A DNA stretch of 64,000 nucleotides from Glaucostegus cemiculus (Eukaryota), in NCBI GenBank assembly GCA_976551045.1, contig CDPCPM010000052.1, forward strand, positions 11,408,001 to 11,472,000, written 5' to 3'. Below are positions 63,145 to 64,000 of the stretch, piece by piece. A program made the translations under genes and the position numbers. A model generated the notes under the pieces. The model saw nothing but the letters and a program-made list of their open reading frames with translations. It did not search any database and was not told the origin of the DNA. The first letter of the stretch is position 1; the number at the start of each line of letters is the position of its first letter.

Positions 63145-64000
63145 TAATTCTTAAATGTTGTGAGAGTACCAGCTTCCACCATGCATTCAGACAGTGCATT
63201 TCAGACTCCAGCCACCATCTGCATGAAAACATTTTTACTCAGATCCCCTCTAAATCCTAAACCTCTTCTCCCTTACCCTAAACTTATGTTCTCTAGTTTT
63301 TGAGATCTCTGTTTTGGGGAAAAGTTTCCCATTATATACCCTATTTATGCCTCTCAAATTTGTATATCTCAAGCAGGACCCCTATCAGCCTCCTCTGCTA
63401 AAAGATGAACAAACCCAGCCTAACGAGTGTCTCTTACTAAGTAAAACATTCCACCCCAAACAACATCCTGGTGAGTCTCCTCTGCATCCTCTCCAATGTA
63501 ATCACATCTTTCTTATTGTGTGGTGACCAGAAATGCACACAGTACTCAAGCTGTGGCTGAACCAGTGTTTTATAAAGTTGTGTTATAACCTCCCTGTTCT
63601 TATATTTTGTACCCTGGCAAATGAAGGCTAGTGTTGTGTACTCCTTCTTAACAACGTTATGTACCTGTGCTGCCACTTTCAGGGATTCCTAGACCTGTAC
63701 TCCATAGTACAAGTCTAGGAATCCCTCAATACTCCCTAGGGTCCATTTATTGTGTATCTCCAACCCTAATTAGTCCTTCCAAAAAGCATCACCATGCATT
63801 TAGTAGAATTAAATTCCATCTGTCATTGCTCTGTCCATTTTACCAACTAATCAATATCTTCTTATAACCTAAGATTATTCTCCTCTTTATCCACACCACC
63901 ACCGATTTTTGTGTCCTCTGCAACATACTAATCATACCTTCTACATTCACATCCAAATTGTTAATGTATATGACAAACCGTAAAGGTCACAGCACCAGTG
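63145..64000 (-). mobile_element. CR1 LINE fragment (runs off window)
   Basis: YKNREVITQLYKTLVQPQLEYCVHFWSPHNKKDVITLERMQRRLTRML and reverse AEDTKIGG. Confidence 0.9.

Overview
Vertebrate genomic DNA, most likely a cartilaginous fish (shark or ray). This is inferred from the repeat landscape: V-domain tRNA SINEs, Deu-type SINE tails, and CR1, L2, Rex1, RTE and Penelope-like elements. Only two protein-coding genes are supportable. The first is the last coding exon and 3'UTR of PTPA (PP2A phosphatase activator; + strand, 276-350, too short for the ORF track). The second is the intronless immediate-early gene IER5L (- strand, 19161-20015), with a compact TATA/AP-1/GC-box/CCAAT promoter; the two genes are convergent, as in human. 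The remainder is repeat-rich intergenic DNA, and the other long ORFs are retrotransposon fragments or chance/shadow ORFs. The most notable hidden signals are: (1) about a dozen degenerate minimal hammerhead-ribozyme motifs in Penelope-like terminal repeats, several with long target-site duplications; (2) an orphan CpG-rich promoter-like island at ~37.5-38.1 kb with E2F/CHR, ETS, AP-1 and GC-box motifs but no recognisable coding gene; (3) a Tigger-like MITE family carrying an internal 35-bp minisatellite; (4) a SINE sharing both 5' and 3' segments with a resident LINE; (5) a Harbinger transposase fossil. All family calls come from motif recognition by eye, not database searches, and repeat boundaries are approximate.
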